Shown piece by piece: positions 8,166 through 17,411 of a stretch of DNA of 24,000 nucleotides; positions within the stretch are counted from its first letter, which is position 1; each line of letters begins with the position of its first letter. This DNA is from Singulisphaera sp. GP187 (lineage in GTDB: Bacteria; Planctomycetota; Phycisphaerae; Phycisphaerales; SM1A02): contig CAMBWI010000017.1 of the NCBI GenBank assembly GCA_945871445.1, positions 6,911-30,910 of the forward strand, written 5' to 3'. The position numbers and the translations under genes were made by a program. The notes under the pieces are model-generated. The model saw only the letters and a program-made list of their open reading frames with translations. It was not told the origin of the DNA and did not search any database.

Positions 8166-9487
8166 GCAGGTTGATCCGAATTCGTGGGCGATATCTGCAT
8201 CGTCAAAGCTCTTGCTTTTGCTGTTTGTAATTCTTGTTCGACGAGCTCCGATTGCGCTCGTTGAATCAATGCAATCTTGACTGCAACCGAAACAACGAAC
8301 CCAAAGAAAGCGATCCCGATTGAATAGACAACTAATACTCGAGTTTGGGTCAAAAGCAGAACGGCAGCAATTCCAACTCCGATCAAAGTGAAGGCGAGGG
8401 TGATGCCATACAGCGCAAAAACTGATCTCTTGACTGAACCAAAGAGTCGCTTGACTTGATGATGAATGTGTTGCACATCTGGAGTGTTCATTGGCACGCC
8501 AGCGATCTTGCGACGAATGATTGCCAGAGTCGTATCAGTAATCGGTAATCCAAAGATGATGAAGCCGGCGACGACAAGGCTTGGCGGGCCCTGTTCACCG
8601 AACAGAAGAATTGTCGTGACACAGAGATATCCAATCAACAAGCTGCCACAATCTCCCAAGAAAATGACTGCAGGGTTGAAGTTCCAAGGCAAGAAACCAA
8701 GCATGGTTCCCAGCAAAGCAAGCGATAATGCGACACGAACTGCAACAAAACTCGTCGTGGGATCTTCGATCAATACAGTGGATGCGAGCAGCAAACTAAT
8801 TGCAAGAAATCCAGAAGACATAATCGCAGTCGTTCCAGTCAGCAGACCATCAAGACCGTCGATCAAATTCGCTGCATTGCATCCGCCAATGATGACGAAT
8901 CCTAAGAATGCAGTGCCAACCCAGTAATAGAGCGTTGCGTTGAGAATGACGGTAGAACCCAAATGGAAGAGTTCTTCATTGGGCGCGCCAACGAATGGCT
9001 GAAGGAAACCAGTCACTGCGCCGATACCAATATTCGAATACGCCAAAGCGGCTGCAGCTACCAGTTGACCTGCAATCTTCAATCGAGCATCCCATTTCCA
9101 AATATCGTCAGCAAGCCCAGTCAACGCAATTGCCGATGCTCCGACAAGAATTGAAATTGGCACTGGCGGAAAATCTCCCGCCTCACTATCAAGCGCAACA
9201 GAACTGACAAGCATTGCGGCCATAAAACCGATGAAGACAGCAACTCCGCCGAGGTACGCCACGGGTGACTTGTGGTGTTTTCGAAGTGAATCAGGAGTAT
9301 CAACGACACCAACGATCAATGCCAAACGACGAACGACTGGTGTTGCGGCGAGAGTGATCAAAAATCCCGCAATGAAAACTGGAGCAAACACATTTAACAT
9401 TTCCACAGAATCGACGAAGACTTGTTGTACAGGAGCGACTGCTGGGGAAAGCGCGTCGATCTTGGATGTTAAATCTTGAGGCGCCAT
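8162..9487 (-). CDS. Polyprenyl-phosphate N-acetylhexosamine-1-phosphate transferase, GT4 MraY/WecA superfamily (WecA/WbpL-like priming enzyme)
   Basis: It is polytopic and carries DTPDSLRKHHKSPVAYLGG, DDIWKWDARLK, NAANLIDGLDGL, FLGDCGSLLIGY and PDVQHIHH. The ORF track extends it to a TTG at 9544, but that would overlap the upstream gene by 53 nt. The ATG at 9487 (MAPQDL...) lies 4 nt after the upstream stop and is preferred here. Confidence 0.85.
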   Translation of the reverse strand: MAPQDLTSKIDALSPAVAPVQQVFVDSVEMLNVFAPVFIAGFLITLAATPVVRRLALIVGVVDTPDSLRKHHKSPVAYLGGVAVFIGFMAAMLVSSVALDSEAGDFPPVPISILVGASAIALTGLADDIWKWDARLKIAGQLVAAAALAYSNIGIGAVTGFLQPFVGAPNEELFHLGSTVILNATLYYWVGTAFLGFVIIGGCNAANLIDGLDGLLTGTTAIMSSGFLAISLLLASTVLIEDPTTSFVAVRVALSLALLGTMLGFLPWNFNPAVIFLGDCGSLLIGYLCVTTILLFGEQGPPSLVVAGFIIFGLPITDTTLAIIRRKIAGVPMNTPDVQHIHHQVKRLFGSVKRSVFALYGITLAFTLIGVGIAAVLLLTQTRVLVVYSIGIAFFGFVVSVAVKIALIQRAQSELVEQELQTAKARALTMQISPTNSDQPA

Positions 9488-9491
9488 CGTT

Positions 9492-11708
9492 TCAGGCAGT
9501 TCCTGCTGCAGGTGCCGACTTCGGCGCAGATGATCCATAACCAACCATCACTTGAGCGTTCTTGCGGTAATAGCCGCCAGAGGTTTGCTCTGGGCGATTC
9601 AGAATTGCTCCGATGAACCTGCCTTTCTGTGCTGACAACTGTCCAACAAGTCGAGTCACAAGACCTCGTTGGTCACGCATTGCGCGGACAACAAGAACCG
9701 ATGCGTCGACTCGATTCGCAACAACAATCGCTTCCGCAGCGATTCCCGCTGGGGCAGTATCGAGAAAAGTAACATCGTATTTTTGGCGAGCTATATCCAA
9801 GACCTCTGACATCTTGGCAGTGTTGAGGAGTTCGATCATTCGCCCTTGTCCAGCATTGATCACGTCGATGCCATGATGCGAAGTCTGAATCACGCTGCCG
9901 AATTCTGCGTTTCCAGAAAGCAAGTCACTGAGTCCAAGAGCATCTTCCGAGACGCCAAAGGCTTGCGCCACTCCGGGCTTTCTAAAATTTGTATCGATGA
10001 CAAGAACGCTCTTGCCCACAACCTTCACGCTTGATGCGAGATTTGTGATGATTGCGCTGACTCCAGATTCGGGCATCGCACAGAAAATACCGACGATTCC
10101 TCCGTCACTTTCTGAGAGTGATTTCAGTAAGTTTGTCGAAGTCTGGCGGAAATTTTCGGCCAAAATTGATTGGGGAGAATCGCGCACCACAAATTCAACC
10201 TTGCTTGGGTTTGATTCGTCGTCAGCAAGATCAGGAATGACGCCCAAAATTTTCCCGTTCGCCAAACCAGCAAGTTCGCTGGCGAAGCGGACTCTTTGGT
10301 CGAGAAATTCACGAAGGAAAATCAGACCAATTCCAAGCGCCAAAACGACAAACCAAACTCCTGGCAGTACGATCTTCCAATTCGGAAATGCAATTATTCG
10401 TGGAGTCAATGCTTTCTGAGCAATTATAACGGGGATCGAATCTTCTCGAGCACGCGCGAGATCAAGTTCGCCAATTGTCTGGGCGATGATTGCGCGTTCT
10501 TCTTCCATGCGATCCTGACGATCTTTCATCGCTTCTAGATCTGAAATGCGAGAAGCCAATTCCTCAACTCGCTTCCGTTCAGATTCGAAGTCGGTTGTTT
10601 GATTTAATAGAAGGTCTTCGAGACCACCTTGCCGATCGCTGATTGATTTGAATTGACCGCTCAAATCTCGCCTGACAATATCTTCAAGAACGTTCTCTTT
10701 TTGAGCAGTTGCCGACAACAATGTCTGTTCTCCCGATCGAACCTCGGGATGCATAGGTCCAAACCGAGCCTTTTTGCTTTGAATGCTGATCGAGATGTCG
10801 TTGATGTCACGCAACAACTGCATAAGAGAGGGATCTCCTTCTGCTTTGCGAACATCATCCTGCGACGGTTCGAGTCTGCCCGACAATTTCGCATCGATCT
10901 GTCCCCGCTGCGACTTCACCAAACTGAGATCCATTGTGGTTTCAGCGATCAATCTCTGCAGTTCTTGAAGACCCTGCTGTGATTGCTGCGAGTTTTCAGT
11001 AAAAGACGGAATGCTCGCATCGATAATAAATCGCCGAATCGCGGACTTCGATGTATCAATCTGTGTATCAAGATCTGCTTGCTTCTTCAGAAACACAGAC
11101 TTAATTTCAATAAATTTACGACTGCTTTCCGCTTTTAACTCTGAAAGATATGTGTCTGCAATTGTATTGAGCACAATAGGGACATCGCCAGCCACATGAG
11201 CCGACCAATACAAAGCGAAAAATTGTGTCCCGCGTGTATGGCCAGAATAAATCTCTTTCACAAGATCGTCAACAGCTTCTTCGGCTTCAAACTGACCATT
11301 TTCGTCAAGATAATATTCATGCCACTGTGTCTTGAGGATGTCTCGATTCGCAACTGCATTTAACAAGACGCTGCGCATCACCATTTGCTTCGCTTCGGTT
11401 TGGGCAAGTCGAGCAACAGTTTCTTCCTGAGTCGTGGCTTCTCCGAAGATCTGCTTGGCATCGCCCAATTGCGGATTCAATCGCAAGACAACCTGCCCAC
11501 TCCATATGGGATAAAGATAGAAGGATCCGATAAAGAAAATGCCAGAGAAAAAGACTCCCCCGATCGCCCAAATCATGATCGTCTTCCAATTTTCTCGCAG
11601 GATACGAATGGGATCAATCGTGACCGCACGAGTCGGGAGGCGGCTTGGTTGATTCGAAGGTCGCTGGGGGGCCGTGGGCGATGGATTTGTAGTTGGGTTT
11701 GGTGGCAT
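9492..11708 (-). CDS. Polysaccharide co-polymerase (Wzz/GumC-type chain-length determinant) fused to a BY-kinase-like P-loop domain (Wzc/EpsG-like) with a degenerate Walker A
   Basis: It has an N-terminal Wzz-like TM region (ILRENWKTIMIWAIGGVFFSGIFFIG), a long coiled-coil periplasmic region and a second TM (VLPGVWFVVLALGIGLIFLREFLD). The C-terminal domain aligns to BY-kinases: Walker A-like PESGVS, Walker A' VLVIDTNFRKP, Walker B VTFLDTAP, and terminal tyrosines in GGYYRKNAQVMVGY. Confidence 0.85.
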   Translation of the reverse strand: MPPNPTTNPSPTAPQRPSNQPSRLPTRAVTIDPIRILRENWKTIMIWAIGGVFFSGIFFIGSFYLYPIWSGQVVLRLNPQLGDAKQIFGEATTQEETVARLAQTEAKQMVMRSVLLNAVANRDILKTQWHEYYLDENGQFEAEEAVDDLVKEIYSGHTRGTQFFALYWSAHVAGDVPIVLNTIADTYLSELKAESSRKFIEIKSVFLKKQADLDTQIDTSKSAIRRFIIDASIPSFTENSQQSQQGLQELQRLIAETTMDLSLVKSQRGQIDAKLSGRLEPSQDDVRKAEGDPSLMQLLRDINDISISIQSKKARFGPMHPEVRSGEQTLLSATAQKENVLEDIVRRDLSGQFKSISDRQGGLEDLLLNQTTDFESERKRVEELASRISDLEAMKDRQDRMEEERAIIAQTIGELDLARAREDSIPVIIAQKALTPRIIAFPNWKIVLPGVWFVVLALGIGLIFLREFLDQRVRFASELAGLANGKILGVIPDLADDESNPSKVEFVVRDSPQSILAENFRQTSTNLLKSLSESDGGIVGIFCAMPESGVSAIITNLASSVKVVGKSVLVIDTNFRKPGVAQAFGVSEDALGLSDLLSGNAEFGSVIQTSHHGIDVINAGQGRMIELLNTAKMSEVLDIARQKYDVTFLDTAPAGIAAEAIVVANRVDASVLVVRAMRDQRGLVTRLVGQLSAQKGRFIGAILNRPEQTSGGYYRKNAQVMVGYGSSAPKSAPAAGTA

Positions 11709-11723
11709 TGTGGTTATGTCGAA

Positions 11724-14700
11724 TTAGCCACGGGGCTCTGCTGCGAAAGATTTTGAGGCTTCGTCGATCTCTTTTTGCGCTTCAATATCTGGTCGAAGCG
11801 CCTTTGCGCGGTCAAGCGATATTCGCGCTTCGTCTTTACGACCAGCAAGGAATTGGGCTTGTGCGAGATGCGCATACGCCATAGCTGTTGGCTGTGATCG
11901 AGCCGAACGCCTCAACAAACTGAGCGCCTCGGGAATTTGTCCGGACTTCATCAAAGCAAAGCCAAGAGTATCCATGAGGTCTGCATTATTTTGATTTATC
12001 GCAAATGCTTTGCGCGCTCTTTCGACTGCCTGAGGAACCTTGTTCAGTTCCTTCGCCTCGAGAAACGCCAAGTTATTAATTGCGGCAAGATCATCACTTT
12101 GAATGGTCAGCGATTGCTCAAAACACTTTGCAGCCTCTACATAGTTTCCGGCTTTATACTCCGCACCGCCCAAAACTCGATATGCATTAAACTTTTCATT
12201 ATCGCTTGTGGCGAGTTCGAGAGCTTTTTTCCCATACAATAAAGCTTTTTCAATGGATTCACTATTTGAATCAAGAAATCTCTGCGCAAGCGCACGACAA
12301 AGATGTGTGTCGAGTTTGTTGAAACAGGCTTCTAAGACAAACGGCTCAAATTTTTGAGAAGGATCGGGAACAAAAAGACTGCCGACTGCGATCATCCATT
12401 GATCAGTCAGCCCGCCCTTGGCGGTCTCGACCAACTTATACATCTCACGCAATTGCACTAAGCCTTGGTTTTTCTGCGCTTGTGTTGTCGCAGTACCTGC
12501 GATTGCCGCTGCGCCAATCATTTGAAAAAATGGATTTTGCGGAACAAGCTCTGGAGCAGCTTGTAGTGATTCAAGAATCCCAGCAAAATCTGGCGGGGAA
12601 TTTATAACTCGCAGCAAGACAGATTGTGTTAATGCATCAGGATTTCTTGTGATCTCAAAAATTCGCTGGTTGTCCTTCGCTGCTTCCAACTTCTGCGATG
12701 CTGCGATATGTGTTTCGGCAAGAAGGCGAATCCATGATGGATTCCTTGGCTCCAACTTCAGAATATCTTGTACGGTTTGAATTGCGCCGTCATAATCCCC
12801 CGAAGTCAATTGATATGCAACCAAGGCTTTGCGAGCTTCTGACGATCGGGGCATTTGGCCGATGAATTTTCGCACCGTCTGTATCGCAGCAGAAATGTCG
12901 CCATCATCCATCTGAATGGATGCAAGCAATCTCGTGGCCGGCCAATAATTTCCCTGCAATTCGATTGCGCGCTGAACATCAGAAATTGCTTTTCGGGATA
13001 ACTCGATATTGCCACTTCGCTGAAACTGTCTCTGAAATGACGTTGCACGCACAACGAATGGCAATGCACTTGCGGGTTGAAGTCGAATGGCCTCATCGAT
13101 CGCTTTCATAAAATCTTCGGATATCCGCTTGGTTTCAGCGACATCCAATGAAGAAAATGACTCCTCTAATGCCGCGTTGGCGATATCTATCGTTAACAAT
13201 TGGTCATTGAAGGATGGCTTGCCATTTGACAGCTTCGTGACTTCTAAGCTCATTGCCTGAGCTCCAACAAAGTCTCTTGTTTCTAAACGCAGAGCAGAAA
13301 TACTCCGAGCAAAATCAATGTTCGGTTGCTTGAGATATGCCGCTTCAAGAACTTGAAGCGCAAGAGCTGACTGACGGCGTTGAGACCACAAATTTGAGAT
13401 CACTCGAGAAGCTTCCATTGATTTGCTCGTGTCAAGACCAACAGCTCGCTGAAAACTTTCCGCTGCTTGGGCATTGCGACTAGACTCGATTTGCAATTCG
13501 CCTAATTCAACCCAAGCTTCCCATGCAGTCTCTCCAGTTGTCTTTTCTGCGACCGCGAATAGTAAAGCTTCGGCCTCTCTGCCCCGCCCCGCACGTTGCA
13601 TTGCAGCGGCATAGATCCGACTTGAAAGGCGATCATTGGGATTGAGCTTCAGCAAAGAGGCATACAACATTCTCGCGTCCGCATCATTCGTTTCAGCGAT
13701 CATCCGAAGTTCTTGCTCTTGGCGATCCCGACCCATCGCATCCCACTCGACTTGAGGAAATCTGAAACTTCCATCGTCATTCGTAATGAGTTCTCGCGAA
13801 GGGGGGGACTCGACAAGGAGTTTCATGAGTTGCCGCGCATTTTCAATATCCGATGGTCGAATAGAAAACATTCTCTTTCGTTCAACAATGCTGTCTGCGA
13901 GATTTCCGTAGACCGATTCGAGATCAAAGTACGAATTACGAATCGCTGGAGACTCTGGCATTGCCAGCATTGCGGCACGCAAGAGAGCTCGTGCATTTTG
14001 CGTTTTGCCCGCACGCATTAAAATGGCTGAATACAGTTGAACTGTCACGAGATCGTCTGGGCGTCGCTGATATGAAGTTGCAAATGCCTCAATTGCACCG
14101 TCGATGTCGCCGGCTTGCTCTCGAGCAATAGCCAACAATCGAAAGGCGGCTGCGGAAGCGCCCGGCATCTCAACGGCTTGTTCGAACAACTCAACTGCTT
14201 TATTAAAATCTTTTCTTTCGAGCGCAATTCGACCTCGAAGGAGAATTGGAATCGTCTTGTCTTTGCAATTCTTTTCTGCCATCAACACCAACTGGTCAAA
14301 TTGCTCTGGTTTTTTGTCGGCGACCGATTCAGAAAAAAGACGATCTATCAAAGTTGTATCGCCTGGCGCTAATTCGGTCGCCTTCGCCAATGCCGCCTTT
14401 GCTGCCGTTGTGACCTCATCCAGATCCGCCGTAATTTTTGCCTGGTCTTCGGGGGCTGTAACTTGAAGTCGCTGCTTCAAGTTGTCGCGCAAGGTTGTCA
14501 GACCTACTGCCAACGCAACAGCCTTTTCATCCTCTGCTGGAAGAGATCCGTCCGGCTTCGGTAGGTTTACGAAAGTAGTTATGCGACCAAGTGCGGATGG
14601 GATTGTTGCCAAAATTTGCAACTGTTTCAGAATCGGATCATTTGGTGCGGCCACCAAGAATTCTGCAACAGCTTCCTGCGCTTCCTTGGTTTTCCCTTGG

Positions 14701-16565
14701 AAGAGAAGCCATTGACAAAGCGTTCGCTGGAGACGCAGATCGTTGGGATATGTGACCCGTGCATCTCGAATTTGCGTCATTGCTGCTTCGACGTCGCCTT
14801 CGTTTCCTAAAAGTTCGGCATCGCCTAAGATTTTGATAATGGGATCTGTTAAGTTGATTGCGCCATCGCCTGGAACTTTCTTGAGTTCTGCCATCATCCT
14901 CAACCCCTCGGCATTCTCTGGTTCGCGAGCAAGCAAGCTTGCGATCGAACGCTTTGCATCCATCAATCTTCCAAGCCTCGCTTCAATACCTGCGCGAATA
15001 AGATAAAATTGACCAACCTGCGGGAATTCCTGAATTGCATCGGTAATTTTTGATAGTGCCGCACCTTGCTCGCCGCGCGCATTCAGACTGACGACGGAGA
15101 GGTAATACAGTTCGGCGGGCACATCTTTCTGCTTTGCAAAGACTTCCTCAAGCTTCGTGACGGTCGACAAATAGTCGCCTCGTGCAAAAGCGAGCTTCGC
15201 ATCAGCTTGAAGGAGAGCGAGCTCACCATCGCGACCAGCAAGAACTTTGGAGAGTCGATCTCGAACAAGTTGCGCTTTGGCTAAAGTGACAGATTTATCA
15301 CTCGGAACAATCGCAGCTTCCCACCGTCCAAATTCAATATTGAAAATCTGTTGAAGCGCATTTGATTTGATCTCATCTGAAAATGCCGCCAACATAGAAA
15401 CTTTTAGCGATGGCTTGGCGAGTAATTCCTCGAAGGTCGCTTGGGCATTTTCGAGTTGATCTGTCGCGACCTGAAGTTTCCCAAGTTGGTTAATTTCAAC
15501 AATCGCATCGGGAAACCGAGTGCAATAATTTTGCAATGATTGGATAGAACGCTGAGAAGCAATCGGATCATTTGCATTTACTGTGATATTGGCAATATCG
15601 ATCAGTTTGTTGCCAGAAAGCGTTGCGCATTCGCCGAATTCTGGCGATTCTCTATCCCCATTCTTCCAAAGAAGTGGGTCGAGAATCGATTGAATAGCTT
15701 TCGGAGTCGCGATTGGATTGCGACGCTTTTTCTGCAAAAGAAGATTCTGCAATTCTGAAATACTGATTTCTGAGCTCTTGGGAAAGACCGACTTGGATTG
15801 AGCGAGCAACTCATCAAATTTTCTTTCGCGCGTTGCGACTTCAATTGTCTTGCCTGCAACCGACAGTCGCTGGATGTCAAACGCAATCGCATGAAGAAAG
15901 GTTCCCCAAACGAATTCATTCTGTGGGTTTTTCTTCAAATAATCTTCTGCCGCTGTTTCGATAATCGTTCGTTCTTCATCAGTTAAAACCTCGCTTCGGT
16001 TCAATTCAGCGCAAATCCCGAAGCCTTGGATAACTAGAAAATTTGCATCAGAAGGTGGAACCCTATCAAGCGCATCGTCGCAAACTTCTGAGATTCGTTT
16101 CCACATATCGCTTTGACCAAACAACTCCGCTCTCTCGTTCATTGAATTGATGAGTTGCAACCAAACCTCACCATTTTTTGGCGCAGAACGAGTGCATTTT
16201 TGCATATATGATTCGCGACGCTGATAGAGTTCTTGTGCATCGCCCGATGTTTTGGGCGTCATCAAAGAAAGCGCATCGATCACCTTCTGCGCGTATTCCA
16301 AGTTATTTGGCTTCTTACTGACAGCTCGGCCATATCGTCCAATCGCCTCTTGGAATTTCTTATACGCTTCATCGGAGTTTCCAGCTTTATCTGCTGCTTG
16401 AGCCACTAAGACGAGTTCATCCCCCAACCTGATATTTCGTTCTGGTGCAGCGCTATAAGACCAATAAAAAATGCCTCCAAGAACTACGCCAGCAAAGAGA
16501 ACAAAACCTCCGACGAGCAAAATGAACTTTTTATTGATCTTGGTTTTTTTTGATGGGTTTGCCAT
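11724..16565 (-). CDS. Giant membrane-anchored TPR / alpha-helical repeat protein (1613 aa), positional analogue of PrsT-type TPR proteins of exosortase loci
   Basis: The N-terminus (MANPSKKTKINKKFILLVGGFVLFAGVVLGGIFYW) looks like a signal-anchor. The rest is all-helical repeat sequence, with clear TPR units toward the C-terminus (for example AYRVLGGAEYKAGNYVEAAKCFEQSLTIQSDD and MAYAHLAQAQFLAGRKDEARISLDRAKALRPD). It lies 6 nt downstream of EpsI and 15 nt upstream of the Wzc-like gene. Confidence 0.85.
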   Translation of the reverse strand: MANPSKKTKINKKFILLVGGFVLFAGVVLGGIFYWSYSAAPERNIRLGDELVLVAQAADKAGNSDEAYKKFQEAIGRYGRAVSKKPNNLEYAQKVIDALSLMTPKTSGDAQELYQRRESYMQKCTRSAPKNGEVWLQLINSMNERAELFGQSDMWKRISEVCDDALDRVPPSDANFLVIQGFGICAELNRSEVLTDEERTIIETAAEDYLKKNPQNEFVWGTFLHAIAFDIQRLSVAGKTIEVATRERKFDELLAQSKSVFPKSSEISISELQNLLLQKKRRNPIATPKAIQSILDPLLWKNGDRESPEFGECATLSGNKLIDIANITVNANDPIASQRSIQSLQNYCTRFPDAIVEINQLGKLQVATDQLENAQATFEELLAKPSLKVSMLAAFSDEIKSNALQQIFNIEFGRWEAAIVPSDKSVTLAKAQLVRDRLSKVLAGRDGELALLQADAKLAFARGDYLSTVTKLEEVFAKQKDVPAELYYLSVVSLNARGEQGAALSKITDAIQEFPQVGQFYLIRAGIEARLGRLMDAKRSIASLLAREPENAEGLRMMAELKKVPGDGAINLTDPIIKILGDAELLGNEGDVEAAMTQIRDARVTYPNDLRLQRTLCQWLLFQGKTKEAQEAVAEFLVAAPNDPILKQLQILATIPSALGRITTFVNLPKPDGSLPAEDEKAVALAVGLTTLRDNLKQRLQVTAPEDQAKITADLDEVTTAAKAALAKATELAPGDTTLIDRLFSESVADKKPEQFDQLVLMAEKNCKDKTIPILLRGRIALERKDFNKAVELFEQAVEMPGASAAAFRLLAIAREQAGDIDGAIEAFATSYQRRPDDLVTVQLYSAILMRAGKTQNARALLRAAMLAMPESPAIRNSYFDLESVYGNLADSIVERKRMFSIRPSDIENARQLMKLLVESPPSRELITNDDGSFRFPQVEWDAMGRDRQEQELRMIAETNDADARMLYASLLKLNPNDRLSSRIYAAAMQRAGRGREAEALLFAVAEKTTGETAWEAWVELGELQIESSRNAQAAESFQRAVGLDTSKSMEASRVISNLWSQRRQSALALQVLEAAYLKQPNIDFARSISALRLETRDFVGAQAMSLEVTKLSNGKPSFNDQLLTIDIANAALEESFSSLDVAETKRISEDFMKAIDEAIRLQPASALPFVVRATSFQRQFQRSGNIELSRKAISDVQRAIELQGNYWPATRLLASIQMDDGDISAAIQTVRKFIGQMPRSSEARKALVAYQLTSGDYDGAIQTVQDILKLEPRNPSWIRLLAETHIAASQKLEAAKDNQRIFEITRNPDALTQSVLLRVINSPPDFAGILESLQAAPELVPQNPFFQMIGAAAIAGTATTQAQKNQGLVQLREMYKLVETAKGGLTDQWMIAVGSLFVPDPSQKFEPFVLEACFNKLDTHLCRALAQRFLDSNSESIEKALLYGKKALELATSDNEKFNAYRVLGGAEYKAGNYVEAAKCFEQSLTIQSDDLAAINNLAFLEAKELNKVPQAVERARKAFAINQNNADLMDTLGFALMKSGQIPEALSLLRRSARSQPTAMAYAHLAQAQFLAGRKDEARISLDRAKALRPDIEAQKEIDEASKSFAAEPRG

Positions 16566-16571
16566 AGATTT

Positions 16572-17411
16572 TTATTCCTTCGATTGGTTGGCTTCGATCC
16601 GTGTCCAGTCTGGTAATCGTCGCATAAGATTCGGGAGCAATTCAGAAAGCAGTTCAGTGGTGCGTTCAGTCCATTTCTCGACTGCTTGGTCACCATCTTT
16701 GGCAAGCATTGAACACTGAACTTTACAGTAATATGAGTAACGGCTCGAGAGATCGAAGGCATAGGTCTTGACGACATATGGCGATGAGGTAAATCGAGCG
16801 TTGGCAATGAATAAATAGCCCCCAACAAGGCGAAAATCGGGGTTTGAATCGTCCTGAAAAACCGTGACCGACATTTCAGTCTCCCCGATTGGCATATAGA
16901 CCGATTCATCGCGGCGGGTCACTGCATCAACGACCCGAGCAATCGGATAACTCTCGCCCGTTGGTCCATTCTTTGGTCCCGAAACCAAATCCCACTTTGA
17001 TCGATCAATTGGAATAAGTTTTTTTGCTGGCTGAGTGAGCATATTTAAACCAGCTGCTCCCCAACATCGCTCTGGCACATGCGGAACCGCATCGACCATT
17101 CCTGTGTAATACGCGATGTGCAATGTCAGCACTCCATTCGATGGGTTCCCATCGATTGCATATTGGCGGTCCAAATAAAAGCGTGTGCCAAGACTTTCGA
17201 CCATCGCCTCACCAAGACGGGAGTCAACTCCAACGCGCTTCCATCGACCGAGTTTCGTTGGAATTGTGTCTAGCGCCTCGCGAAGAGGCGCAGGTTCCTT
17301 GCGGAGATACATATTAAGCGCAGACACGCTAGCGCGAAAACCAATCGCGGATGCGGTCATCACGATGATGACGGAAAGAAATGCGAGGCGAATTGTTGGA
17401 CTAAACCGCAC
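16572..17411 (-). CDS. Exosortase-associated EpsI family protein
   Basis: It has an N-terminal TM (IRLAFLSVIIVMTASAIGF). EpsI-like segments follow: IPTKLGRWKRVG, LTLHIAYYTG and HVPERCWGAAG. Its start overlaps the exosortase gene end by 11 nt. Confidence 0.8.
   Translation of the reverse strand: MRFSPTIRLAFLSVIIVMTASAIGFRASVSALNMYLRKEPAPLREALDTIPTKLGRWKRVGVDSRLGEAMVESLGTRFYLDRQYAIDGNPSNGVLTLHIAYYTGMVDAVPHVPERCWGAAGLNMLTQPAKKLIPIDRSKWDLVSGPKNGPTGESYPIARVVDAVTRRDESVYMPIGETEMSVTVFQDDSNPDFRLVGGYLFIANARFTSSPYVVKTYAFDLSSRYSYYCKVQCSMLAKDGDQAVEKWTERTTELLSELLPNLMRRLPDWTRIEANQSKE

Noticed and set aside
8162-9544. Calling the GT4-family transferase MraY because it lies next to dcw genes.
   Set aside because: It lacks the MraY-type TPTMGG segment and HHH motif. 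It shows WecA/WbpL-type segments instead (RKHHKSPVAYLGG, PDVQHIHH). The longer TTG start at 9544 was also set aside because it overlaps the upstream gene by 53 nt, while the ATG at 9487 sits 4 nt after that gene's stop.
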